Origin: Escherichia phage BAU.Micro_ELP-22
Sequence record: OR699282.2
Strand: one strand, 5' to 3'
Length of the DNA stretch: 64,000 bases
The notes beneath the pieces are model-generated. The model was not told where the DNA came from. It saw only the letters and a program-made list of their open reading frames with translations, and did not search any database. Positions 7,850 through 14,972 of the stretch are shown here, one piece after another. The translations under genes were made by a program, and so were the position numbers. Positions within the stretch are counted from its first letter, which is position 1, and each line of letters starts with the position of its first letter.

Positions 7850-8077
7850 ATGGCTATTATCATTACTCGCGTATCTGGTACTACTGGCAACGAACAAGTA
7901 GTTGCAGTCATTACCAACAAGGAAGGTGCGGAATTGCAAAATGCAATGAATACCTGGGCCGTTAATGAGTTCGGTCAGTGGGCAAGTGTAGCATACATTG
8001 AAACCTATCAAGTGCCGTCGATTAGTTTAACTGATTTGGGCGTTGAGCGTATCCTTTGCCTGGATGAATTAAATTAA
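7850..8077 (+). CDS. hypothetical protein (75 aa)
   Basis: Track ORF 7793 (starts inside promoter) trimmed to ATG 7850; SD AAGGAA. Confidence 0.7.
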   Translation: MAIIITRVSGTTGNEQVVAVITNKEGAELQNAMNTWAVNEFGQWASVAYIETYQVPSISLTDLGVERILCLDELN

Positions 8078-8080
8078 AAA

Positions 8081-8145
8081 AGTACTTGCAAAGTAAATCG
8101 AATAAAGTATAATACATTACATCAAGGGGAGAAATGATTCTCCCC
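8081..8145 (+). promoter_or_regulatory. PeSL-like promoter cassette
   Basis: AGTACT 8081-8086, TTGCAA 8086-8091, TATAAT 8108-8113, hairpin GGGGAGAAATGATTCTCCCC 8126-8145. Confidence 0.7.
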
Positions 8146-8162
8146 ACTACAAGGAAACTAAT

Positions 8163-8306
8163 ATGAAAACTTGTCAATGTGGTCAGAAATCTATTACTGG
8201 TTTAAAGCGGGGCGTTGCTCTTTGCCAGTACCATTATAATTTACAAGTATGGGGTAAAGAATGGGCCGACCAGGTGGAAGCAGCAAAGAAAGCAAAAAGT
8301 AAGTAA
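8163..8306 (+). CDS. small Cys-containing protein (47 aa), not in ORF track
   Basis: ATG 8163 after SD AAGGAA and PeSL; MKTCQCGQ...CQYHY possible metal-binding Cys cluster; stop 8304-8306. Confidence 0.5.
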   Translation: MKTCQCGQKSITGLKRGVALCQYHYNLQVWGKEWADQVEAAKKAKSK

Positions 8307-8318
8307 AAATATTATCAC

Positions 8319-8354
8319 AGTACTATTGACATAGTTTGATAGTACTGGCATAAT
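8319..8354 (+). promoter_or_regulatory. Class-II promoter (AGTACT-TTGACA ... AGTACT-CATAAT), no stem-loop
   Basis: AGTACT 8319-8324, TTGACA 8326-8331, AGTACT 8341-8346, CATAAT 8349-8354; near-identical at 11513-11548. Confidence 0.65.
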
Positions 8355-8397
8355 AGATTTTATCAAAACGACACATATTAATTTAAGGAATACCAAA

Positions 8398-8721
8398 ATG
8401 GCTAAAACTATCATCAACACCGTTTCCCTGGCTGCAATCCGTGCAATCAATGTTGACGGTAAACGTTGGACTGATTCATATGGCAATACTTATCATTCTT
8501 GTCATGTAAGCGTTGAACTGGATAACGGTTTGAATGATCTGGCGGTTGAATCATTTACTTATGGCTATGAAGATGCATATCAACAAACGGCGTTTGATCT
8601 CTTAAAGGAATCAGTAGACGGGCTTGATACTGTTGAAACCTCCCTTACTCGTTTATGTAATGATTTGTCTATCCCGTTGCATTGTACTGTACAGAATGTT
8701 AAACGTAAAAAAGATCTTTAA
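8398..8721 (+). CDS. hypothetical protein, early paralog family C (107 aa)
   Basis: ATG 8398, SD AAGGAA; shares RWTDSxGNTYHSC and DVKRKKD with 15606..15929. Confidence 0.7.
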   Translation: MAKTIINTVSLAAIRAINVDGKRWTDSYGNTYHSCHVSVELDNGLNDLAVESFTYGYEDAYQQTAFDLLKESVDGLDTVETSLTRLCNDLSIPLHCTVQNVKRKKDL

Positions 8722-8801
8722 TTAGCTTTACTTTATGCAGATACTTTGATATAGTGTCTGCATAGGGGAAAGAAATTAAATTAACTTAAGAGGATAGTAT
8801 A

Positions 8802-9071
8802 ATGAAAAATATCAGTACTTTAATCGATGCAGGTACACATGTTCGTCGGTCTATGGTTACAACCAGTACTACAAAACAAGTAGCAAGCGGTTATCTTGTA
8901 TTTGTGCACGATGGAAAACTCCTGGAACGTTCAATCAATTTTGATGTTAAAAACAATTGCCGTTTTATTATCTTTAAGCGTGAACAATATAAAATCGATT
9001 TACCAGCGAAGCCCATAAGCGGGGCGTACAACGTGCAATCATTGTTTGAGCGTCAACCATACACCTATTAA
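8802..9071 (+). CDS. hypothetical protein (89 aa)
   Basis: ATG 8802, SD AAGAGGA; imperfect palindrome ATGCAGATA...TGTCTGCAT upstream (8736-8765). Confidence 0.65.
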   Translation: MKNISTLIDAGTHVRRSMVTTSTTKQVASGYLVFVHDGKLLERSINFDVKNNCRFIIFKREQYKIDLPAKPISGAYNVQSLFERQPYTY

Positions 9072-9122
9072 TCAAAACATCGTTAGCGGTCGATTCAGGC
9101 CGCTTATATTGGGGATTATACC

Positions 9123-9395
9123 ATGAACGTTAATCAAGTACTGAATGAGATCGAAAGCATCATTAAACCGATGAAGCGTACTGATGCTATGTTAACACCG
9201 GAAGAATGCCGCCTTTATGAGCGTTACAGCGTCGAACAAGTCCAGGCAATGGCTATGGCTACCCCAGCCGTTAAACCGCCTGAGAATGCGTTACAGGACG
9301 TTACAGGGGATTATATCATTAATCCAGTACTAGGGAAGATGGCTGCAATCACCGAAGATCAACAAGACTACTTAAGCCAGTACTTAAAAGGTTAA
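9123..9395 (+). CDS. hypothetical protein (90 aa)
   Basis: ATG 9123, SD GGGG. Confidence 0.6.
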   Translation: MNVNQVLNEIESIIKPMKRTDAMLTPEECRLYERYSVEQVQAMAMATPAVKPPENALQDVTGDYIINPVLGKMAAITEDQQDYLSQYLKG

Positions 9396-9400
9396 TTAAT

Positions 9401-9610
9401 ATGCTTACTGTACAGGATAAGATCGACATCTTAAAGGTTAATATGTATGTGATTGATGCAGTACCTGGTAAAGTATTTGCATACGATGACACTACTGTAA
9501 GCAATTTCTACTATAGCCAGGACGTGGGGGATCTTTCTGTACAGTCGGTTATTGAAAACGTAGTTAATGCAGCGTATGAGCATTTACTTTCAAATAGTAC
9601 TTGCAATTAG
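9401..9610 (+). CDS. hypothetical protein (69 aa)
   Basis: ATG 9401 tightly following previous gene; last codons overlap the -35 of the next PeSL. Confidence 0.6.
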   Translation: MLTVQDKIDILKVNMYVIDAVPGKVFAYDDTTVSNFYYSQDVGDLSVQSVIENVVNAAYEHLLSNSTCN

Positions 9611-9660
9611 TTTTTAAACGCGTATAATGTTTTACATGAAGGGGAGAAATGATTCTCCCC
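9596..9660 (+). promoter_or_regulatory. PeSL-like promoter cassette
   Basis: AGTACT 9596-9601, TTGCAA 9601-9606, TATAAT 9623-9628, hairpin GGGGAGAAATGATTCTCCCC 9641-9660. Confidence 0.7.
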
Positions 9661-9679
9661 ACTAATTAAGGAATATGAA

Positions 9680-9826
9680 ATGAAAGCATCAAAAAAGAGT
9701 AATACTAAGAAAGCACGTTCAACCTTAGATGGGGTATTCCCTTTACGTTTCGTTGATGAAGTAGTTTCCTACCCGCCGGGCCTTACTCCTGAGATGGTAG
9801 AAAGTTTGCGTAAATCTAAAAAATAG
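9680..9826 (+). CDS. small basic protein (48 aa), not in ORF track
   Basis: ATG 9680 with SD AAGGAA at 7-nt spacing, directly after PeSL; Lys/Arg-rich. Confidence 0.5.
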   Translation: MKASKKSNTKKARSTLDGVFPLRFVDEVVSYPPGLTPEMVESLRKSKK

Positions 9827-9885
9827 TACTTGCAATTAGTTTTTAGTACTGTATAATAGTTTACATGAAGGGGAAAACGTTCCCC
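9825..9885 (+). promoter_or_regulatory. PeSL-like promoter cassette
   Basis: AGTACT 9825-9830, TTGCAA 9830-9835, TATAAT 9852-9857, hairpin GGGGAAAACGTTCCCC 9870-9885. Confidence 0.7.
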
Positions 9886-9908
9886 TTACACCTAACGAGG
9901 AAAGTATA

Positions 9909-10160
9909 ATGGAAACAATTTTAATCAAAGACACTGCTACTACTGTAACTTATGATAATGATTGCATTATCCCAGGGACTGAGTACGGCGAACGTGTACC
10001 CGTTCAAGTAGAGATTGATACCACATACATCGACAAGGCTGACCAGTGTATCACTATTGTAATTGGTGAATATCGTTTTCTACCAGAAGAGATCCAAAAA
10101 TGGCAGAATATGATTGACCGTGCGAAATTAGTCGCACAAAGTTTAAAATACAAAGTTTAA
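9909..10160 (+). CDS. hypothetical protein (83 aa)
   Basis: ATG 9909, SD GAGGAAAG. Confidence 0.7.
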   Translation: METILIKDTATTVTYDNDCIIPGTEYGERVPVQVEIDTTYIDKADQCITIVIGEYRFLPEEIQKWQNMIDRAKLVAQSLKYKV

Positions 10161-10163
10161 AAT

Positions 10164-10228
10164 AATACTTGCAATTAGTTTTTAGTACTGTATAATGTTT
10201 TACATGAAGGGGAGAAATGATTCTCCCC
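10164..10228 (+). promoter_or_regulatory. PeSL-like promoter cassette
   Basis: TTGCAA 10169-10174, TATAAT 10191-10196, hairpin GGGGAGAAATGATTCTCCCC 10209-10228. Confidence 0.7.
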
Positions 10229-10246
10229 AATAACAGGAGAAACAAA

Positions 10247-10399
10247 ATGAAACAATACAACGCTCGGTTTGATGTTACTATCGGTAACGGCAAAGGTCAA
10301 TTCTCTTTCAGTACTCGCCGCAGTTATACAGAAAACTTCCTGCGTAATTGTGCACTGACCGCCGCTCAAATTAAACATTATTTTCAGGCTAAAAAATGA
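10247..10399 (+). CDS. hypothetical protein (50 aa)
   Basis: Track ORF 10217 trimmed to ATG 10247; SD AGGAGA. Confidence 0.6.
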   Translation: MKQYNARFDVTIGNGKGQFSFSTRRSYTENFLRNCALTAAQIKHYFQAKK

Positions 10400-10485
10400 G
10401 ATCATTAGCTTATTACAGTTCGGCCCTGGTCGGTGCATTGATCGCGGCGTTGTTAGTAACCTATCTATTCTTTATGGTGATTTAA
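10396..10485 (+). CDS. tiny hydrophobic peptide (29 aa), candidate membrane peptide
   Basis: ATG 10396 overlaps upstream stop (ATGA); single hydrophobic stretch SALVGALIAALLVTYLFFMVI. Confidence 0.4.
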   Translation: MRSLAYYSSALVGALIAALLVTYLFFMVI

Positions 10486-10629
10486 ATGAATCCAACAGGT
10501 TTAAACTATAAAAGTTGTTCGGCATTTACGAAAGCAAATAAAGCGAATGCACGTAAAGCGAAAGTACAGGAATACATCAAGCAAGGCATGACGCGAAAGG
10601 CGGCGATTCTAAAAGCTAAAAATAAATGA
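10486..10629 (+). CDS. small basic protein (47 aa)
   Basis: ATG 10486 directly after TAA of preceding peptide; Lys-rich; not in ORF track. Confidence 0.35.
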   Translation: MNPTGLNYKSCSAFTKANKANARKAKVQEYIKQGMTRKAAILKAKNK

Positions 10630-10638
10630 AAAAAGTGG

Positions 10639-10717
10639 TTGACTCCGGTCAGCCATTTTGCTATTATATATTCATTGAGAGATAGCTCACTAGCCCACAG
10701 GGTGCAGGAGTGTATCT
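10639..10717 (+). repeat. Repeated intergenic element, type A
   Basis: TTGACTCCGGTCAG..TATTATAT then CATTGAGAGATAGCTCACTAGCCCACAGGGTGCAGGAGTGTATCT. Confidence 0.6.
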
Positions 10718-10766
10718 ATTGTATAATGTTTGAGTACTGAAAACTATTTTAAAGTATTTGATAAAA

Positions 10767-10830
10767 AGTACTTGCAAACTATCTCAATAAGCGTATAATG
10801 TTTTACATCGCAAGGGGAAACGGTTTCCCC
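10767..10830 (+). promoter_or_regulatory. PeSL-like promoter cassette
   Basis: AGTACT 10767-10772, TTGCAA 10772-10777, TATAAT 10794-10799, hairpin GGGGAAACGGTTTCCCC 10814-10830. Confidence 0.7.
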
Positions 10831-10850
10831 TAGTAATAAGGAAACGAATC

Positions 10851-11192
10851 ATGACTATCTCAATTGCTCAATCTAACTTTGAAAATGAAATCATCGCCCA
10901 GGCACTGCGTTTAAATGATGGTCGGGCCGAAATCAATTACGGTTTCAATTCAGGCGGTTGTGAAAAATATCAGTACTTTGTAACGGCTGATGGCGGTGTC
11001 CTGGGTATCAATACAGTTATTGTAAACATCCAAAAAATTAATTTCAATGATCCAGACGATAGCCAGTTTTACATCACTGGCGTAGACGTGAACTATGAGG
11101 ATGACTCACTAACTGATGATCACACTGGTGAGCGGTTAGAAAGTGCATACGGTGAAGATGATTATCAGTCCGGTCCAGAAGATTTCGAATAA
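10851..11192 (+). CDS. acidic hypothetical protein (113 aa) with D/E-rich C-terminal tail
   Basis: ATG 10851; C-terminal third strongly acidic (DDSLTDDHTGERLESAYGEDDYQSGPEDFE). Confidence 0.7.
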   Translation: MTISIAQSNFENEIIAQALRLNDGRAEINYGFNSGGCEKYQYFVTADGGVLGINTVIVNIQKINFNDPDDSQFYITGVDVNYEDDSLTDDHTGERLESAYGEDDYQSGPEDFE

Positions 11193-11206
11193 TATAAAAA
11201 AATAGT

Positions 11207-11265
11207 TTGACAATAGATTATAGTACTGTATAATAGTTTACATCAAGGGGAGAATAGTTCTCCCC
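11207..11265 (+). promoter_or_regulatory. PeSL-like promoter cassette
   Basis: TTGACA 11207-11212, TATAAT 11229-11234, hairpin GGGGAGAATAGTTCTCCCC 11247-11265. Confidence 0.7.
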
Positions 11266-11287
11266 ACTAACAGAGAGAGAAAACAAA

Positions 11288-11500
11288 ATGGCTAATATCC
11301 GGTCGAAATTAAAAAATGCAAAACAAGTTTTATTTTCAGATCATGAATACTTTAATAAAGATATTACAGGAGTTACAAGTATCAAGGAAGTAAAAGAAAA
11401 AACCGGCGTTTTGTGTGATGTGCGATTAGTTGGAACATTTGGGAATAACGTGCTATATCGCTGCGGTGATTACAATTTTACACTGACTATCATTAACTAA
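11288..11500 (+). CDS. hypothetical protein (70 aa)
   Basis: ATG 11288, SD-like GAGAGAGA. Confidence 0.65.
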   Translation: MANIRSKLKNAKQVLFSDHEYFNKDITGVTSIKEVKEKTGVLCDVRLVGTFGNNVLYRCGDYNFTLTIIN

Positions 11501-11512
11501 AAATATTATCAC

Positions 11513-11548
11513 AGTACTATTGACATAGTTTGATAGTACTGACATAAT
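11513..11548 (+). promoter_or_regulatory. Class-II promoter
   Basis: AGTACT 11513-11518, TTGACA 11520-11525, AGTACT 11535-11540, CATAAT 11543-11548. Confidence 0.65.
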
Positions 11549-11582
11549 AACTTTTATCAACTACACTACTAAGGAATTAAAA

Positions 11583-11762
11583 ATGGCTATCATCGCAAAA
11601 ACTGAAATCATCGGCCTGGATTCTATCATCATGACGTTTGAAGATCAAAAAGGTATGTATGTGGTTTCCTATGGTGATTATGTTCGGGAGTATGAAACGG
11701 TAGACGAAGCCTTTGAAAGTTACATTCGCCAGGTGAATAAAGCATACGACGACTACCGCTAA
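11583..11762 (+). CDS. hypothetical protein (59 aa), not in ORF track
   Basis: ATG 11583 with SD AAGGAA; downstream of class-II promoter. Confidence 0.55.
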   Translation: MAIIAKTEIIGLDSIIMTFEDQKGMYVVSYGDYVREYETVDEAFESYIRQVNKAYDDYR

Positions 11763-11773
11763 AATATATTACC

Positions 11774-11817
11774 AGTACTATTAAATCTATTGACAATGTT
11801 TGATAGTACTGTATAAT
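11774..11817 (+). promoter_or_regulatory. Class-II promoter
   Basis: AGTACT upstream, TTGACA 11790-11795, TATAAT 11812-11817. Confidence 0.6.
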
Positions 11818-11861
11818 AAGTTTTATCAACAGTAGTTAACTTAACCTAAGAGAGAAACAAA

Positions 11862-12005
11862 ATGATCGCACTGGATTCATTCATCGACGCAGTACTGGCA
11901 AAAACTGGCGAGGATCTGACCGCAGAACAATACGCAATGATCGAGCAATGCCAGCAAGACGGTAAATCGGTGAAAGATACTGTTAAGATTATCCGCAAGA
12001 TGTAA
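11862..12005 (+). CDS. hypothetical protein (47 aa), not in ORF track
   Basis: ATG 11862 with SD AAGAGAGA; followed by stem-loop 12012-12037. Confidence 0.5.
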   Translation: MIALDSFIDAVLAKTGEDLTAEQYAMIEQCQQDGKSVKDTVKIIRKM

Positions 12006-12011
12006 GATTAT

Positions 12012-12040
12012 AGCCCACTGGTTAACGCTGGTGGGCTTTA
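12012..12040 (+). terminator. Stem-loop, possible terminator (weak U-run)
   Basis: AGCCCAC..GTGGGCT then TTTAATTC. Confidence 0.45.
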
Positions 12041-12110
12041 ATTCATTACCCTATACAATGCCAGTACTAAACCGTTTATCTCGTTAGAATGCGTTACAGG
12101 ACGTTTAACA

Positions 12111-12308
12111 ATGATTAGCATGAAATCAGTACAAAAACAAATAGAAACATTATCAAAAATTAAACGTAAACAGTACTCCTTAGAATATACAATCAATGGT
12201 AACTATCATCTAATGAAAGAAAATAATTTTATAGTCATTGATGAATCATTGCAAATCATTAGTATAGTACTGAAAGCATTAATCAATGACAGAAAAAAAT
12301 TAAAATAA
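12111..12308 (+). CDS. hypothetical protein (65 aa)
   Basis: ATG 12111; weak SD; AT-rich. Confidence 0.4.
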   Translation: MISMKSVQKQIETLSKIKRKQYSLEYTINGNYHLMKENNFIVIDESLQIISIVLKALINDRKKLK

Positions 12309-12312
12309 ACTA

Positions 12313-12388
12313 TTGACAATATCATCCAGTACTGGCATAATACTTACATCAAGACGAGAACGTCACTAACCCATAGGGTGCACAAATG
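12313..12388 (+). repeat. Repeated intergenic element (B-type sequence, plus orientation)
   Basis: TTGACA 12313-12318, CATAAT 12336-12341, then ACATCAAGACGAGAACGTCACTAACCCATAGGGTGCACA. Confidence 0.55.
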
Positions 12389-12403
12389 TAACTGTATAAT
12401 ATT

Positions 12404-12434
12404 GATCAAAAAATGATCTGATCAATACTTGATC
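12404..12434. promoter_or_regulatory. Cluster of four GATC sites (TGATCA repeats)
   Basis: GATC at 12404, 12415, 12420, 12431 within 31 bp, directly downstream of TATAAT 12395-12400. Confidence 0.4.
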
Positions 12435-12639
12435 AATTTGCGTAAAGTAGTATAATTCTATGCAGTTGGTTAGACGAAAGGTTATGATTAGTAGTGCAAG
12501 TGTATAAAAATTTTCATGGTGTATCGTTCCGCACATATGGGGATGAATATGTGGTATCATGTGGATTGGAAAAAGTAAGAACAAGTAATATTATTGTCGC
12601 ATTACAGTACTATAGTATTTTTATAATGAGGTTAAAATA

Positions 12640-12897
12640 ATGGCTGTAGGATTCGCGAAAGATGGGGCCGAACAAGACGAGATTAACGCAGTGATTCAGG
12701 CTGCCGTTAACCACGCTAGAAAGCAAATTAACGCACAAATAGAATCACTGATACATTGCCTCGACTGCGGCGATATAATCCCTGAGAAACGACGCCAGGC
12801 CGTTAAGGGATGTAAGTACTGCATAACTTGCCAGGAGGATCATGATAGTACTTTTAAACGTCCCCCGCGTAATTGTTGGCATAGATCTATGAGATAA
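12640..12897 (+). CDS. TraR/DksA-family C4 zinc-finger protein (85 aa)
   Basis: C-x2-C...C-x2-C (CLDCGDIIPEKRRQAVKGCKYCITC) C-terminal zinc-finger arrangement typical of TraR/DksA; SD GAGG. Confidence 0.7.
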   Translation: MAVGFAKDGAEQDEINAVIQAAVNHARKQINAQIESLIHCLDCGDIIPEKRRQAVKGCKYCITCQEDHDSTFKRPPRNCWHRSMR

Positions 12898-12904
12898 AAA
12901 GTAA

Positions 12905-12932
12905 TTGACAGTACTGAAAGATAGTGTATAAT
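12905..12932 (+). promoter_or_regulatory. sigma70-like promoter
   Basis: TTGACA 12905-12910, 16-bp spacer with CAGTACTG, TATAAT 12927-12932. Confidence 0.65.
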
Positions 12933-12961
12933 GTTTTATATCTTAACTGAGGATAGTAATC

Positions 12962-13318
12962 ATGGGAATACAACATATCACGCGTACTACTGACAATGGC
13001 GAGATCACTGGCTATCAAGTACAGGGCAAAGTAGCACAATTGCAGTACTGGTTTGTTAAACGTGGAATCATTGCACCGGATCTTGATTATGACCGTGTAG
13101 CGTTTATTGATTCTCTTTATGTTGATCCTGATAGTCGGGGCAATGGTGAAGGTAACGAATTAATGAATGCCTTTATCGATGCCGCCGATGATTCAGATTG
13201 TATCATCTTAGAATGCGATACGGGAGAAGATAACGCCTTTAATCTTAAAGAATGGTACGAAGGTTTCGGATTCGAGGTATTGATAGATAGTGAATATCCT
13301 ATCATGATTTTATCATAG
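12962..13318 (+). CDS. GNAT-family N-acetyltransferase (118 aa)
   Basis: IDSLYVDPDSRGNGEGNELMNAFIDAA matches the GNAT acetyl-CoA binding motif (V-x-P-x-x-R-G-x-G); SD GAGGA. Confidence 0.65.
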   Translation: MGIQHITRTTDNGEITGYQVQGKVAQLQYWFVKRGIIAPDLDYDRVAFIDSLYVDPDSRGNGEGNELMNAFIDAADDSDCIILECDTGEDNAFNLKEWYEGFGFEVLIDSEYPIMILS

Positions 13319-13378
13319 TACTTGCATTTAGTTTTCAGTACTGTTATAGTACTTGCATCAAGGGGAAACATCTTCCCC
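13317..13378 (+). promoter_or_regulatory. PeSL-like promoter cassette
   Basis: AGTACT 13317-13322, TTGCAT 13322-13327, TATAGT 13345-13350, hairpin GGGGAA-ACAT-CTTCCCC 13363-13378. Confidence 0.6.
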
Positions 13379-13396
13379 TACTAAGAGGAAATAAAA

Positions 13397-13585
13397 ATGG
13401 AAAACTTATCAAGTATTTTAGTACAAGATGATTTCGGTAATCCTGGAAGTGCTATCATTGTTCGGGGTAATAAAGCAACATTTGTTATTGCTGGTGGACC
13501 TGTACAGCGTAGCATTAAAAACAATGCCGTTACTATTAATAATGTACGCTATCGCTTAGATAAAGAATTGATTCATAAACTGTAA
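13397..13585 (+). CDS. hypothetical protein (62 aa)
   Basis: ATG 13397, SD AAGAGGAA. Confidence 0.65.
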   Translation: MENLSSILVQDDFGNPGSAIIVRGNKATFVIAGGPVQRSIKNNAVTINNVRYRLDKELIHKL

Positions 13586-13612
13586 TATTAATTTAATAGA
13601 GGATAACAATAA

Positions 13613-13936
13613 ATGTACATTCATACTACTATCACAAAGGAAGTCCGTTGCCAGTTCGAAAGTATTCCGGGCGTATGTTTCATCACTGGTACGTTTTCCC
13701 CTGGTGATCGTGATAATCCAGTACTGTTACAATTACGCCATCCATCATGGGATAAAGCATTTGATCTACCGTTGAATGAATTCGCAACTACTGCTGAAAA
13801 GTACATTAAAAATATTCGCGAGAATGATCGACTATTCATTAATGCTTTTAGTGATTCCGCGTTAAGCGAGATCCACGGCGTATTGGTTGCAATCATGGAA
13901 TCAATGCAGAAAACTAAATTCAAACAAGGTGAATAA
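13613..13936 (+). CDS. hypothetical protein (107 aa)
   Basis: ATG 13613, SD AGAGGA; no own promoter, likely co-transcribed. Confidence 0.65.
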   Translation: MYIHTTITKEVRCQFESIPGVCFITGTFSPGDRDNPVLLQLRHPSWDKAFDLPLNEFATTAEKYIKNIRENDRLFINAFSDSALSEIHGVLVAIMESMQKTKFKQGE

Positions 13937-13942
13937 AAACTA

Positions 13943-14002
13943 TTGACAATGCAATCCAGTACTGTATAATAAGTTACATGAAGGGGAGAAATGATTCTCC
14001 CC
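13943..14002 (+). promoter_or_regulatory. PeSL-like promoter cassette
   Basis: TTGACA 13943-13948, TATAAT 13965-13970, hairpin GGGGAGAAATGATTCTCCCC 13983-14002. Confidence 0.7.
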
Positions 14003-14019
14003 ACTGAGAGGAAAGAAAA

Positions 14020-14232
14020 ATGCAAGGTCAACTAATCGTTCGTAAATGGTCTGATACTAACGAAAAACCGTGGGATGTACAATACATCGGACCGGATGGG
14101 GTATCACGTTATCAGCCTGGCGTAACGCATAGTACTGAGCAATATGCCGCCGCTCACCGCGAACGCCTGTTAGAATCCATGAAACAGGGATACGGTGAAA
14201 AATTCATTCAAGATCATTGGCTGAAAGATTAA
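14020..14232 (+). CDS. hypothetical protein (70 aa)
   Basis: ATG 14020, SD GAGAGGAAAG. Confidence 0.7.
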   Translation: MQGQLIVRKWSDTNEKPWDVQYIGPDGVSRYQPGVTHSTEQYAAAHRERLLESMKQGYGEKFIQDHWLKD

Positions 14233-14249
14233 TAGAAGGAGTACAGCTT

Positions 14250-14342
14250 ATGCAAATGAATCCGATGATTATTGTTTTAGCTGTACTTATGATCATTCAT
14301 GCAATTGTAGAAGTATTAACGCAATCAGGAGTAATAAAATGA
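14250..14342 (+). CDS. tiny hydrophobic peptide (30 aa), candidate membrane peptide
   Basis: ATG 14250 with strong SD AAGGAG at 7 nt; MQMNPMIIVLAVLMIIHAIVEVL hydrophobic; not in ORF track. Confidence 0.5.
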   Translation: MQMNPMIIVLAVLMIIHAIVEVLTQSGVIK

Positions 14343-14512
14343 TTCAAGTAGAATTATCAGTACTGAAAGATCTGTTTTATCGGTTAGGTACTACTGGAGA
14401 GTATCCTAAAAGTGATACCGCAAAACTTTTTGTATCACTCGACTTATGGCAACGCGAACAATTAGTAATGTCCTGGCGTAAAGGTAAAGCAGATAGCGAG
14501 GTGAAAGCATGA
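14339..14512 (+). CDS. hypothetical protein (57 aa)
   Basis: ATG 14339 overlaps upstream stop (ATGA); not in ORF track. Confidence 0.45.
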   Translation: MIQVELSVLKDLFYRLGTTGEYPKSDTAKLFVSLDLWQREQLVMSWRKGKADSEVKA

Positions 14513-14658
14513 AAGAATTCTTATTCGAAGTAGTGTTTCAAGGTGTCGGTAGTAACCAACTGATTCGCTCAAGTGGTTACAATGTTAACCAGGCATGGAA
14601 TAACATTAAACAAATGTACCCGAACGCTATCACCTATCGCAACCCGAAAGAAGTTTAA
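14509..14658 (+). CDS. hypothetical protein (49 aa)
   Basis: ATG 14509 overlaps upstream stop (ATGA); third member of a coupled mini-operon. Confidence 0.45.
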   Translation: MKEFLFEVVFQGVGSNQLIRSSGYNVNQAWNNIKQMYPNAITYRNPKEV

Positions 14659-14686
14659 AAATAATTGAAAAAGGGATTGACTCCGG

Positions 14687-14750
14687 TCAGTCCCTTTGCT
14701 ATTATATACGCATAGAAACAAATCAGCCCACAGGGTGCATAAATGTATCT
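14687..14750 (+). repeat. Repeated intergenic element, type A
   Basis: TTGACTCCGGTCAGTCCCTTTGCTATTATAT then CGCATAGAAACAAATCAGCCCACAGGGTGCATAAATGTATCT. Confidence 0.6.
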
Positions 14751-14790
14751 ATTGTTAGCTGGTGGCTAGTACTGAAAACTATTTTTAAAA

Positions 14791-14823
14791 AGTACTTGCA
14801 TTGTACTTAGAATCAAGTATAAT
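14791..14823 (+). promoter_or_regulatory. PeSL-type promoter driving non-coding element
   Basis: AGTACT 14791-14796, TTGCAT 14796-14801, TATAAT 14818-14823. Confidence 0.65.
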
Positions 14824-14830
14824 GTTTTAC

Positions 14831-14903
14831 ATCAGGACGGGGAACGAAACAAGTAACCCCGTTAAGTAGTCCAGGAGTAAGACATACGAAAACCTCCCCT
14901 GAT
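14831..14903 (+). ncRNA. Candidate small structured RNA (second copy)
   Basis: ATCAGGACGGGGAACGAAACAAGTAACCCCGTTAAGTAGTCCAGGAGTAAGACATACGAAAACCTCCCCTGAT; same layout as 3706-3780. Confidence 0.4.
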
Positions 14904-14911
14904 AAAAAAGA

Positions 14912-14940
14912 TTGACAATAGTTTGAAGTACTGATAAAAT
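14912..14940 (+). promoter_or_regulatory. sigma70-like promoter
   Basis: TTGACA 14912-14917, 17-bp spacer with AGTACT, TAAAAT 14935-14940. Confidence 0.5.
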
Positions 14941-14972
14941 AATCACATCAACTACTGATAAGGAAACATAAA

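Noticed and set aside
12366-12584. Track ORF 12366..12584 on the minus strand
   Set aside because: Lies antisense across the GATC cluster and promoter-like sequences, no RBS, His-rich low-complexity translation.
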